A stretch of DNA of 55,949 bases from Candidatus Falkowbacteria bacterium (GTDB taxonomy: Bacteria; Patescibacteriota; Patescibacteriia; Patescibacteriales; UBA12465), in the NCBI GenBank assembly GCA_009995495.1, contig JAACPL010000007.1, forward strand, positions 1-55,949, read 5' to 3'. Positions 1-8,863 of the stretch are shown in pieces. The notes beneath the pieces were generated by a model. It did not search any database. It worked only from the letters and a program-made list of their open reading frames with translations, and was not told the DNA's origin. The position numbers were made by a program, and so were the translations under genes. How positions within the stretch are numbered: the stretch's first letter is position 1; each line of letters starts with the position of its first letter.

Positions 1-22
1 AGTTCGATTCCCCCTTCTGACT
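1..22 (+). tRNA. partial tRNA 3' end (T-loop plus 3' acceptor strand), identity unknown, truncated by window edge
   Basis: GTTCGATTC T-loop consensus at bases 2-10, followed by a 5-nt stem half and a 7-nt acceptor strand. A terminator hairpin follows. Confidence 0.35.
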
Positions 23-30
23 ACAAAATT

Positions 31-64
31 AAAAAAGAGTAGTCCGACAGGACTACTCTTTTTT
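31..64. terminator. bidirectional intrinsic terminator between convergent tRNAs
   Basis: aaaaaagagtagtcc-gaca-ggactactctttttt: perfect stem flanked by an A-run and a T-run. Confidence 0.6.
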
Positions 65-69
65 AATTG

Positions 70-141
70 AGCGGGTAGGGGGAATCGAACCCCCATCCTC
101 AGCTTGGAAGGCTGATATAAAAGCCATTATACGATACCCGC
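70..141 (-). tRNA. tRNA-Gly(UCC)
   Basis: The reverse complement folds as a cloverleaf. Acceptor GCGGGTA/TACCCGC, anticodon stem TCAGC/GCTGA with loop CTTCCAA, T-arm GGGGGTTCGATTCCCCC, discriminator U. Confidence 0.9.
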
Positions 142-205
142 AACAACTTAATCTTATAAGAAAAAAGATTCAAAGTCAAGATTGATTTTCCGATTGATTT
201 TCTGG

Positions 206-1387
206 TTATAAACTATCTTTCATCGGCCAAACTAAGATAATTCCTAAAGCCGTTAATAGAGCAGAAACAAGAAAAATAAAGTGAATTGGCAAAAAGACAG
301 TAATTAATATGGCTAAAGCCGGGCCAATAATATAAGCAGCTGGTCCAGTTAAACGAAAAAGATTGATCATCTCTAAATCTTTAGCACTAACTATCTTAAA
401 GAAATAACTTTCTCTCATCGCCTCAATTAAAGCAGCACCAACACGACTAAAGAATAATAGTCCGGCCCAAAGCCAAACAATCGGTTGGTTTACATAAAAG
501 ATTCCAACTAAAGAGATTGTTAAAATACTTAAACCAATATAAAGCATTTCTTTCTCGCCAAAATATTTATCAGCTAAAAAGCCAGCTGGTATTTGAAAAA
601 TAATAAAAGGAATTAGCATAAAAGAGAAAATTGGACCTAAAATTTCCCAACTCATTCCTAAGGTTTGATGAAGGTAAATAGGAATATAAACAACGGCAGT
701 TGTGTAAAATAGCTGAAGAATTAAAGCAACAAAGAATATCCCTCTTAGGTTTTTGTTGTGCCACATTTTTCTAATTACTTTTTTCATTCCCTCTTCAGCG
801 TATTTAATTTTTGACTTTAAGTGTGGGCTGATAATTAAAAAGAAAACGAGAGTTGGAATTATAATTGAGCCTGATAACCAATAAACAAAACTATAGCCGA
901 AAGAGCTAATTAAATAACCAGAAAATGTTGGTGCTAAAACCCAACCTAAATTGCAAATTGTTAAATAAAGCGCTCTAACTTTTCCGGTATCAGCATTTTT
1001 TGTAAATATTTCTATAAATAAATCAAGTTTAATGAAGGTTAGATTTAAGAAGGCGGTGAAGAAAACAATCCCGATTAAAGCAGTTAAAGAAGAATCGGCA
1101 ATAGCAAAGAAAAATAAGGAGGCGCTATAAAGAAAAAGAAGAAGTTTAAAGGTATTATGATGGCCAAAACGCTTTATTGTCTGGGGAAATCTTAGAATAA
1201 ATAATAAGGTTGCTAGATTGGCAATAACAAAAAATAAACTAACAAAACTAAGGTCAGTGAACTGACTAATAAAACTTGAATTGACATAGGCTGGTAGAGC
1301 GGATGAAAAAGAGATAATTAAACCAACTAAATAAAGAATAGTTAGTTGGTGTTTTGGTTTAAAGCCTCTCTTTTTTTTGAATAACAT
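206..1387 (-). CDS. MFS-type transporter (about 12 TM segments)
   Basis: 393-aa highly hydrophobic ORF with a two-halves organisation and a basic loop in the middle. Confidence 0.7.
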   Translation of the reverse strand: MLFKKKRGFKPKHQLTILYLVGLIISFSSALPAYVNSSFISQFTDLSFVSLFFVIANLATLLFILRFPQTIKRFGHHNTFKLLLFLYSASLFFFAIADSSLTALIGIVFFTAFLNLTFIKLDLFIEIFTKNADTGKVRALYLTICNLGWVLAPTFSGYLISSFGYSFVYWLSGSIIIPTLVFFLIISPHLKSKIKYAEEGMKKVIRKMWHNKNLRGIFFVALILQLFYTTAVVYIPIYLHQTLGMSWEILGPIFSFMLIPFIIFQIPAGFLADKYFGEKEMLYIGLSILTISLVGIFYVNQPIVWLWAGLLFFSRVGAALIEAMRESYFFKIVSAKDLEMINLFRLTGPAAYIIGPALAILITVFLPIHFIFLVSALLTALGIILVWPMKDSL

Positions 1388-2186
1388 AAGTTTTAATCAT
1401 GATAAAAATGGCAACCAGAGCCATTACTAAGCTTATTACTTGGGGCGCACGTAGACCAAAGATAAGTGGAGAATAATCAATCCGAATAAATTCTAAACTA
1501 AACCTCAATATAGAATATGATAACATGTAAAGCGTAACTAGCAAAATATCAAAACTAGTTTCTTTGCTTCCTTTTGCTCTTAACTGTGTATAAGTTAAAA
1601 AAATAAGGACTGCAAATATTGTTAAAGAGCCTAAACTTTCATAAATAAAAGTAGGCTGAAAGTAAATTTCATTGATAAATTCTAAAGGTCTATTTATTTG
1701 AGCAATTGGGATTCCCCAAGAAAGATTTGTTGGCAAGCCAAAAAGTTCCTGATTAAAATAATTGCCAAAACGACCAATGGCTTGAGCCAGAGCTAAACCG
1801 GGGACGCTAATTGCCCCTAATTTCCAAAAACTAATTTTTGTTTTTTTGGCAAAAAAGATAAAGACTAAAAGTCCAGCAATTATTCCGCCATGAATAGCGA
1901 GTCCGCCTTCCCAGATTTTTATTATTTGCCCTGGATTTTTTAAATAAAATGGTAGCTCTAAAATTACATCATAAAGTCTCGCTCCTAAGATGCCAAAGAT
2001 TATGGTCCAAAAAAATAAATCAAGCAAAAATTCTTTCTGAATTTTACGTTTTTCGCCAATTTTTAAAATCAGAAATAGGGCGATTAGCATTCCTAGAGCC
2101 ACAAAAAAACCGTACCAATTTATTTGGAGCGGTCCTAGGTTAAACATAACCGGACTGGGATTAAAGTTGTGAAGAAAATTTATCAT
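1359..2186 (-). CDS. lgt: prolipoprotein diacylglyceryl transferase
   Basis: 275-aa membrane protein with Lgt signatures: GARLY, HGGIIAG, GRFGNYFNQELFG. Confidence 0.85.
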   Translation of the reverse strand: MINFLHNFNPSPVMFNLGPLQINWYGFFVALGMLIALFLILKIGEKRKIQKEFLLDLFFWTIIFGILGARLYDVILELPFYLKNPGQIIKIWEGGLAIHGGIIAGLLVFIFFAKKTKISFWKLGAISVPGLALAQAIGRFGNYFNQELFGLPTNLSWGIPIAQINRPLEFINEIYFQPTFIYESLGSLTIFAVLIFLTYTQLRAKGSKETSFDILLVTLYMLSYSILRFSLEFIRIDYSPLIFGLRAPQVISLVMALVAIFIMIKTYVIQKKERL

Positions 2187-2187
2187 T

Positions 2188-2272
2188 TGGTGCGGATGGA
2201 GAGACTCGAACTCTCAAGAGTTGCCCCGCTTGGTCCTAAGCCAAGTGCGTCTACCAGTTTCGCCACATCCGC
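2188..2272 (-). tRNA. tRNA-Leu(UAG), CCA encoded
   Basis: Acceptor GCGGATG/CATCCGC, anticodon stem CTTGG/CCAAG with loop CTTAGGA, long variable arm, 3' ACCA. Confidence 0.9.
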
Positions 2273-2447
2273 TCTATTAAGTTAGTTTTGATTTAACCTG
2301 AATAAATAATAAATCATAATTAGAATAAAGTAAAGATGGCTCTTGAAAATATTTTAAATTAAGTTTTTGCAAACTTTTTAAAAAATATTTTTCAGAAACA
2401 AAAAACAATGCTATAATAAATTTATAAAAATATAAAATTAAATATCT

Positions 2448-4865
2448 ATGAGTAAGAAAAAATTTGTTCTTTTTTTTGAAGAGCTAGGAATTAAAGATGT
2501 TCCTTCTGTCGGTGGTAAAAACGCCTCTCTTGGTGAGATGTTTTCTAATTTGAGCAAAAAAGGAGTGAGAATTCCTGATGGTTTTGCAACAACAGCCGAG
2601 GCTTATAATTATTTTTTTGAAGCTAACGACTTAAAGAAAAAAATTAAAAAAATAATTAAAGGTCTTGATACTCACAATGTTAAAGATTTGATGGCCAGAG
2701 GAGCGGAAATCAGAAAAACAATTATGGCGGCGGAACTTCCTCAAGATTTAAAAGATCAAGTTGCCGAAGCTTATCGCAAGTTGTCAAAAAAACATGGTGA
2801 GAAGAATTCTGATGTTGCTGTTCGTTCTAGCGCAACCGCCGAAGATTTACCAGATGCTTCTTTCGCCGGTCAGCAGGAAACCTTTCTAAATGTTCAGGGA
2901 CAAGAGGACTTAATTTTAGCAGTTAAAAAATGTATTGCTTCTCTTTTTACCGATCGGGCTATTTCTTACCGGGTAGATAAAAAGTTTGATCACTTTTCTA
3001 TTTCTCTTTCGGTCGGCGTCCAAAAAATGGTGCGAGCCGATAAGGGTTCGTCTGGTGTTATGTTTAGTATTGATACGGAATCAGGCTTTAGCGGCGTTGT
3101 TTTAATTAATTCAATCTTTGGTTTAGGAGAAAATATTGTTCAGGGAAAAGTTACTCCTGACTCATTTTTAGTTTTTAAAGAAACGGAAAAAATTATTTCT
3201 CGTTCTATCGGCACTAAAAATTTACGAATGGTTTATAATCCAGGTGGCAAAAACCCAGTTAAAGATCTACCAGTTTCAGCTAGTGACGCAAAAAAACCAT
3301 CCTTAAACGACAGCCAAGTTTTAGAGTTAGCTAAATGGGCGATGATTATTGAGGAACACTATAAAAAACCGATGGATATGGAGTTCGCTTATGATGGAAT
3401 TTCCAAAAGAATGTATATTACCCAAGCGCGACCGGAAACAGTTCAGAGTCGTAAGGATGTTAATGTTATTGAAAGTTATAAACTTGAGAAAAAAGACAAA
3501 TTAAAAGTTTTGGTTAGCGGTCAAAGTGTTGGTTCTAAAATTGGTAGTGGCGAAGTTAATAAAATAATGTCAGTTAAAGATATTTCTAAGTTTAAAGCGG
3601 GTCAGGTTTTGTTAACTGATATGACTGATCCTGATTGGGAGCCGATTATGAAAATTGCTTCGGCGATTGTGACCGATAAAGGTGGCCGAACTTGTCATGC
3701 CGCGATTGTTTCTCGTGAACTTGGGATTCCTTGTATCGTTGGGACTGAAAATGCGACGAAAAAAATTAATCCAAGACGCCAAGTAACGATTGATTGTTCT
3801 ATTGGCGAGGTTGGTTATGTTTATGAAGGAAAAATTCCTTTTCAAATTGAGACAACTGATATTAAAGGTCTTAAGAAAACTAAAACTAAAATAATGATGA
3901 ATGTTGGTGAGCCTGATATGGCTTTTCCACATTCATTTTTACCTAATGATGGAGTTGGTTTAGCTCGTTTAGAATTTATCATTAATAATTACATTAAAAT
4001 TCACCCTCTGGCTCTAGTGCATTTTGCTAAATTAAAAGATAAGAAGGCAAAAAAGACGATTGAGAAGATGACGGAAACTTATCAAAAGAAGACCGAATAT
4101 TTTGTTGATCGTTTAGCTCAAGGAGTTGCTGTTTTAGCCTCAGCTTTTTATCCTAAAGATGTAATTTTAAGACTTAGCGATTTCAAAAGTAACGAATACG
4201 CTAATTTAATTGGCGGCCGAGAGTTTGAGCCAATTGAATCAAATCCGATGATTGGTTTCAGGGGTGCTTCTCGTTATTACTCAAAGGAATTTTTACCAGC
4301 TTTTAAATTAGAATGTGAGGCAATTAAAAGAGTTAGAGAGGAAATGGGACTTAAGAATTTAAAAGTCATGGTTCCTTTCTGTCGAACAATTGAAGAAGGC
4401 AAAGAAGTTCAAAGAATTATGGCCGAATGCGGACTTAAGCGTGGTGATAAAGGCTTGGAAATTTATGTGATGGCTGAAATTCCAAGTAACATTATTTTAG
4501 CTGAAGAATTTTGTCAGATTTTTGATGGCTTTTCTATTGGTTCAAATGATTTAACTCAACTTGCTTTAGGAATTGATCGTGATTCTGGAGGAACTTTAAA
4601 AGTAATTGGTGAGGCGAATGAGAATAATAAAGCGGTTAAAACTTTAATTCGTCAATTAATTAAAGTTGCTAAGAAAAATAAACGTAAAGTTGGAATTTGT
4701 GGTCAGGCGCCAAGCGATTTTCCTGAATTCGCTGAATTTTTAGTAGAAGAAGGAATAGATAGTATTTCTTTAACTCCGGACACGGTAGTTAAAACAACAA
4801 TCGCTTTATTAAAAAAAGAAAAAGCTTTACGCCGTAGCCGTAGTATTTTAAGCTTCTTGTTTTAA
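2448..4865 (+). CDS. ppsA: phosphoenolpyruvate synthase (pyruvate, water dikinase)
   Basis: 805 aa. N-terminal GGKNASLGEM ATP-grasp region, central phospho-His swivel motif GGRTCHAAIVSRELGIP, C-terminal PEP-utilising TIM-barrel region. Confidence 0.9.
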   Translation: MSKKKFVLFFEELGIKDVPSVGGKNASLGEMFSNLSKKGVRIPDGFATTAEAYNYFFEANDLKKKIKKIIKGLDTHNVKDLMARGAEIRKTIMAAELPQDLKDQVAEAYRKLSKKHGEKNSDVAVRSSATAEDLPDASFAGQQETFLNVQGQEDLILAVKKCIASLFTDRAISYRVDKKFDHFSISLSVGVQKMVRADKGSSGVMFSIDTESGFSGVVLINSIFGLGENIVQGKVTPDSFLVFKETEKIISRSIGTKNLRMVYNPGGKNPVKDLPVSASDAKKPSLNDSQVLELAKWAMIIEEHYKKPMDMEFAYDGISKRMYITQARPETVQSRKDVNVIESYKLEKKDKLKVLVSGQSVGSKIGSGEVNKIMSVKDISKFKAGQVLLTDMTDPDWEPIMKIASAIVTDKGGRTCHAAIVSRELGIPCIVGTENATKKINPRRQVTIDCSIGEVGYVYEGKIPFQIETTDIKGLKKTKTKIMMNVGEPDMAFPHSFLPNDGVGLARLEFIINNYIKIHPLALVHFAKLKDKKAKKTIEKMTETYQKKTEYFVDRLAQGVAVLASAFYPKDVILRLSDFKSNEYANLIGGREFEPIESNPMIGFRGASRYYSKEFLPAFKLECEAIKRVREEMGLKNLKVMVPFCRTIEEGKEVQRIMAECGLKRGDKGLEIYVMAEIPSNIILAEEFCQIFDGFSIGSNDLTQLALGIDRDSGGTLKVIGEANENNKAVKTLIRQLIKVAKKNKRKVGICGQAPSDFPEFAEFLVEEGIDSISLTPDTVVKTTIALLKKEKALRRSRSILSFLF

Positions 4866-4893
4866 TTGTTTAAAGATTGATAAGCGCTAAAAT

Positions 4894-4921
4894 AAAAAAT
4901 CTCCTTTGTAGGAGATTTTTT
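4894..4921. terminator. bidirectional terminator between convergent ppsA and the 3D-domain gene
   Basis: aaaaaatctcc-tttgta-ggagatttttt: perfect 11-bp stem with flanking A and T runs. Confidence 0.6.
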
Positions 4922-4924
4922 ATT

Positions 4925-5782
4925 TTATAGTCGGCTAATTACTGATTTTATTTTTAGATCTCTAACTTCTGGTATTTCTGGCTCTATAATTTCAACTACT
5001 TCAATTCTTGTTCTTCTGACACCAAATTGAATAGCGTCACTTCTTTCAAGCATCCAGATATCAACTCTATCAGAATATCTTTTATTCATTCTATCGCGGA
5101 CAACGAAAATTCTATCACCAAACAAGTCCGGGATTCTAACTTTAGTACCAAAGGGGAGAAAGTTAGCGGCAACTGTATCTTCTATTCCGTGAGTACAAAC
5201 ATTAAAGCCATTAGCGGTAATACAAGGACTGTTGTCGGTTTGTCCAACTTCGGAATTATAAGCAGTCATAGTATGAACACCAGAACTAATTACTCTTATT
5301 TCTGGCTCAGTATTTTCCGGAACTGGTTCTAAAGCTAGAGCGACTTTTTTAATTTCAGAATTGTCACTAGAACTATTATTAGTAGCATCATCTACGGCCA
5401 ATTCGCCGATTTCTCCGCTTGCAGTTGTTTTTAGATTGTAGTTTAAATTTCGAGGATTAATAATTGCATTAGTCGTTTCTCGTAATTGACGATTAGTGTT
5501 AATAAACGGAGACCCTTCCTTACTAGAAGACATAGTAATTAATATTTCTGGCTCTGTTTGTGACTCAGATTTTGTTTGGGCTTCAGGTTCTGTTTGCGCC
5601 TCAGGTTTTATTTGCGCCTCAGAATTAATATTATTTTTATAATCTTTAACTGCGTCCTCGGCTAAAGCTGGAGAGTAAAATAGGACAAACTGGAAGAAAC
5701 AAGCGATAATGAGCACAAGGAAAAAGCCCTGACGTTTACTCAGAGGAATTATTTCTTCAGCTAACTGAAGTATTTTTTTCAT
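4925..5782 (-). CDS. secreted/membrane-anchored 3D-domain (MltA/YabE-like) cell-wall protein
   Basis: C-terminal TAYNSEVGQTDNSPCITANG...GTKVRIPD...VVRDRMNKRYSDRVDIWM matches the 3D domain pattern. N-terminal TM/signal segment. I place the start at the ATG at 5782 (MKKILQ) rather than the upstream TTG in the ORF track. Confidence 0.7.
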   Translation of the reverse strand: MKKILQLAEEIIPLSKRQGFFLVLIIACFFQFVLFYSPALAEDAVKDYKNNINSEAQIKPEAQTEPEAQTKSESQTEPEILITMSSSKEGSPFINTNRQLRETTNAIINPRNLNYNLKTTASGEIGELAVDDATNNSSSDNSEIKKVALALEPVPENTEPEIRVISSGVHTMTAYNSEVGQTDNSPCITANGFNVCTHGIEDTVAANFLPFGTKVRIPDLFGDRIFVVRDRMNKRYSDRVDIWMLERSDAIQFGVRRTRIEVVEIIEPEIPEVRDLKIKSVISRL

Positions 5783-5811
5783 ATTTAAATTTTTATTTAT
5801 TTTTGCCAATT

Positions 5812-5884
5812 AAAAAATCCCAACTTATATGTCAGCTGGGATTGCATGACCGTCAATCTTAGCATATAAGCAAAAAAAAGTCAA
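5812..5884 (-). promoter_or_regulatory. sigma70-like promoter plus terminator-like leader hairpin upstream of the 3D-domain gene
   Basis: Minus strand: TTGACT (5884-5879), 17-nt spacer, TAAGAT (5861-5856). Then hairpin aatccca/tgggatt (5843-5816) followed by a U6 run, about 30 nt before the ATG. Confidence 0.35.
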
Positions 5885-5917
5885 GCTTAGCTCAGTGGAT
5901 GAACTGTGGATAAACTA

Positions 5918-5946
5918 TTGACAAATTTTAAAATGTATGCTATAAT
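5918..5946 (+). promoter_or_regulatory. consensus sigma70 promoter for the 6052 gene
   Basis: TTGACA, 17 nt, TATAAT. A GGAGG Shine-Dalgarno sequence lies 8 nt before the ATG at 6052. Confidence 0.5.
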
Positions 5947-6051
5947 TGAGCTATGAAAATTGAGATTTTAATTAAAAATAATTAAGATTTTAAGTTTCTT
6001 AGAACTTTAAAATAAAAATAAGTAACAATAAAAAAAATCGGAGGATTTATC

Positions 6052-6810
6052 ATGAAAAAAGTATTAGTATTATTGGGTTTGAGCTTTGCTTTGGCTATTT
6101 CAGTTTCCGCTCAGCGGAACACGTTCTATTACGGCGACAAAAACGCCGTAGAGATTAACAACTCAATCGAGCTCTTTAATGAGCTGATTGATGACCACGA
6201 GGCCAGCATCGAATCCTTGAAAAAGGAAAATGATAGAATGGTGGCCGATTTCAGAAGAAGTGGGAACGGCCAGTCAGCCAAATCGTACGCCAAAAGAACG
6301 GCCGTAAATGATTCGCTTATTACTCTTTATCGGGCAAAAGTTTTGGATCTTAAGGTGACAAAACAGGCGTTTCTCGAAAGAACGGCTGGTAGCAGTAAAA
6401 AAAGAGTTGTTAGCTCTAAAGGAAACAATCCGAAAAAACTTAGAGCGGTCGCTGATGCTTATGCAACTATAAGTTATGTTGACGCTTATACAAGCGGCAT
6501 TGGCAAACCAGGAGGAGCTAATGAGACCCCAGCAAGTGGGCTCAAAGGATTAATAGTAAATGAATGGTACGAAAACGTTACCTTTCATGTCTATGGTCCC
6601 GGAACTTGGAAAAGAGAATTTAGAGTTTCTGGAAACGGTGGAATAGTTGAATTTGATATTCCTTCTCCAGGGGAATATCGCTTCGTTTCCATACGTGGAA
6701 GGGAGATAAACACTATCACAAAAATTTCTCGTCCTGGTTTATCGGAATTCCGGGATGCAAAAGGAAACAAGTATGATATCATGACCACATTGCAAAGACG
6801 CAGGTGGTAA
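6052..6810 (+). CDS. secreted hypothetical protein (signal peptide), compositionally atypical
   Basis: N-terminal MKKVLVLLGLSFALAISVSAQ signal peptide, strong Shine-Dalgarno sequence, own promoter and terminator. Visibly more G+C than its neighbours. No family recognised. Confidence 0.6.
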   Translation: MKKVLVLLGLSFALAISVSAQRNTFYYGDKNAVEINNSIELFNELIDDHEASIESLKKENDRMVADFRRSGNGQSAKSYAKRTAVNDSLITLYRAKVLDLKVTKQAFLERTAGSSKKRVVSSKGNNPKKLRAVADAYATISYVDAYTSGIGKPGGANETPASGLKGLIVNEWYENVTFHVYGPGTWKREFRVSGNGGIVEFDIPSPGEYRFVSIRGREINTITKISRPGLSEFRDAKGNKYDIMTTLQRRRW

Positions 6811-6921
6811 GAATTATACGAAAATTTATCAGAGGAGCTTTTGAACGAGCTCCTTTTTTATTAAAAAAATCATCCTTTTAAGAATGATTTTTATGGTTTT
6901 AAATTTATAATAAGAAAAAAA

Positions 6922-7623
6922 CTATGTAAGTTCTGTCATCGATGACTCTCCTCCTGAAAAAGGCAAGCTATTGAAGATAAAGTAGGTAATGGCATAAGAC
7001 GCTAGAACAATCACGAGTCCGATAACCGCATTTTTTAAAGAGGTCTGAGCCTTCTTAACTTCCTCATCATTACCTCCGGCTGTCATCCATTTAAAGCCGG
7101 CCATAATTGTTAAGACTAAGAATATTAACGCGAGGAAACTTAAAATAACGCCAATAATCGTTGCTACCAAACCGCCAACACCCATACTAACAAGCCCGGC
7201 CCCTGTAGCAACTTGTGAGGTTGATTCATCTAAGCCATTAGCAAGAGGCAAGCGTTCAAAGACAAAGACGGTCATCGTGTAGGCAGCTAGAACTACTATT
7301 AAACCGATTGTGGCATTTTTGACTGAAGTTTGAGCCTTCTTCACGTCTTCATCATTACCCCCCGCATTCATCCATTTAAAGCCAGCCATAATTGTTAAGA
7401 CTAGAAAAATCAAGCCTAAAAAGCCAAGAGCGGTTTTAATAACTATTATTGAGACAGTTTCAATGTCCGCATCTTGGAATCCAGCCCCAACTTTAAACTC
7501 ATTAGATTTTTCGTCTAAATTTAAAACAGTTGGATCAATAAGTTGCGCCTGACTTACTAAAACTGGAACAACTAAGATAAACAGGAAGAGTGTTAATTTT
7601 AAAATATTGTTCATTTTTTTCAT
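6922..7623 (-). CDS. TrbC/VirB2-like (T4SS-pilin family) protein, internal tandem duplication of the pilin unit
   Basis: Two copies of LIFLVLTIMAGFKWM(N/T)AGGNDE(D/E)VKKAQTS(V/L)KNA..GL(I/V)VVLA.Y in one ORF. I place the start at MKKMNN (7623); the upstream extension overlaps the neighbouring gene. Confidence 0.75.
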   Translation of the reverse strand: MKKMNNILKLTLFLFILVVPVLVSQAQLIDPTVLNLDEKSNEFKVGAGFQDADIETVSIIVIKTALGFLGLIFLVLTIMAGFKWMNAGGNDEDVKKAQTSVKNATIGLIVVLAAYTMTVFVFERLPLANGLDESTSQVATGAGLVSMGVGGLVATIIGVILSFLALIFLVLTIMAGFKWMTAGGNDEEVKKAQTSLKNAVIGLVIVLASYAITYFIFNSLPFSGGESSMTELT

Positions 7624-7634
7624 ATGCGTATAAT

Positions 7635-8072
7635 TTAAGAAGAAGAAGCCGCAAGTCTTGAGGCAATAAAAAACCAAATTGCCCAAGCAGAGAGAATAAC
7701 AATCAAACCGATTGTCGCTCTTTTTATATAATTAGTCGCGATTTTAACATTTTCTTCATTTCCTCCGGCCGTCATCCACTTATAACCACCAATAACAATT
7801 AAAAATATGAAAATTATACCTAATAAACTTAACGCTGCACGCACAACTTGGCCAGTAGCTGTAGCTAAACTAATGTCTTCCTTATAACCACTATCTTTAC
7901 CAATTGTTTTTAATTTATCAAGAGCTTTATTGTTTTCGCTTGCGTTTTTAAAGCTTGAGGGGTCTGGGTCAGGAGTTACTAGATTTTCAGCAAAAACGAG
8001 AAACGGAAGAACTAGAAAGGCGGTGATAATTATAATTCCGAAGAAAGCTTGAAGATGGTTTTTGATTTTCAT
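7635..8072 (-). CDS. TrbC/VirB2-like (T4SS-pilin family) small membrane protein
   Basis: Signal peptide, then two TM helices flanking GGYKWMTAGGNEENV. Confidence 0.75.
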   Translation of the reverse strand: MKIKNHLQAFFGIIIITAFLVLPFLVFAENLVTPDPDPSSFKNASENNKALDKLKTIGKDSGYKEDISLATATGQVVRAALSLLGIIFIFLIVIGGYKWMTAGGNEENVKIATNYIKRATIGLIVILSAWAIWFFIASRLAASSS

Positions 8073-8081
8073 ATTAAAAAT

Positions 8082-8480
8082 TTAAGAGGCTAGAAAAGAA
8101 AAAGCCTTGATAATAAAGTAACTTATTGCATAAGAGCCAAGAACAACAATTAAACCAATAATCGCCTGTTTAATTGTTTTTGAGGCTTCTTGAACTTTAG
8201 CCTCTTGACCACCGGCGGTCATCCAATTAAAACCGCCAAGAATTAATAAAATCATGAAGATTATTCCTATGAAAGACAGGACAATATTTATTATTTTACT
8301 AATCATCTTTTCTAGTGATACATCATCTTTTGTGTTATAGCCCGCATTATTACCAACTTCCTCTTGGACCTCTTTAAAAGCATTTTTTAAATTTCGACCA
8401 GAGCTCTCAGTATCTTGCGCTAAACAAAGACCGGGGATTAGGCTAAAAAATATGAAGCTAGCAATTATTAATTTTTTCAT
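8082..8480 (-). CDS. TrbC/VirB2-like (T4SS-pilin family) small membrane protein
   Basis: Signal peptide, then GGFNWMTAGGQEAKV between two TM helices. Confidence 0.75.
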   Translation of the reverse strand: MKKLIIASFIFFSLIPGLCLAQDTESSGRNLKNAFKEVQEEVGNNAGYNTKDDVSLEKMISKIINIVLSFIGIIFMILLILGGFNWMTAGGQEAKVQEASKTIKQAIIGLIVVLGSYAISYFIIKAFSFLAS

Positions 8481-8482
8481 AA

Positions 8483-8863
8483 TTAAGTAAGATAGGGCTC
8501 GGAAAAGAATTGAACGATAAAGTAACTAAGAGCGTAAGCTACTAAAATAATTAAAACTCCAATAACACTTTGAATGAACATTTTTTTTGCTTTTTCAACT
8601 TCAGCCTCATTTCCTCGAGCGGTCATCCATTTAAAGCCAGCCACAATTGTTAGTATTAAAAATAAAACACCAACAAAAGTTAGAACTAGTTTTATTCCTT
8701 GTACGATCATGCCATCAATAGATTTTTGTTCGTCAACATACCCTGCTTTCCCGGCAGTTATATTTAAACCGCTATTTTCTTCAAAATCATAAGCCAAAAC
8801 TAATATCGGCGAAATTATTCCAGCTAAAATTAAATATTTTATTTTTTTAACTAGGGTTTTCAT
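8483..8863 (-). CDS. TrbC/VirB2-like (T4SS-pilin family) small membrane protein
   Basis: AGFKWMTARGNEAEV motif with the same architecture. Its start codon overlaps the stop of the upstream paralog by 1 nt (TAATG). Confidence 0.75.
   Translation of the reverse strand: MKTLVKKIKYLILAGIISPILVLAYDFEENSGLNITAGKAGYVDEQKSIDGMIVQGIKLVLTFVGVLFLILTIVAGFKWMTARGNEAEVEKAKKMFIQSVIGVLIILVAYALSYFIVQFFSEPYLT

Noticed and set aside
6640-6720. The 3' part of the 6052-6810 gene as the DGR variable repeat, because both it and the TR encode GEYR.
   Set aside because: The nucleotide comparison (ggggaatatcgcttcgtttcc versus ggcgagtatcgtcatcgcgttgtctcc) diverges at many non-adenine positions after 12 nt. This is a chance match.
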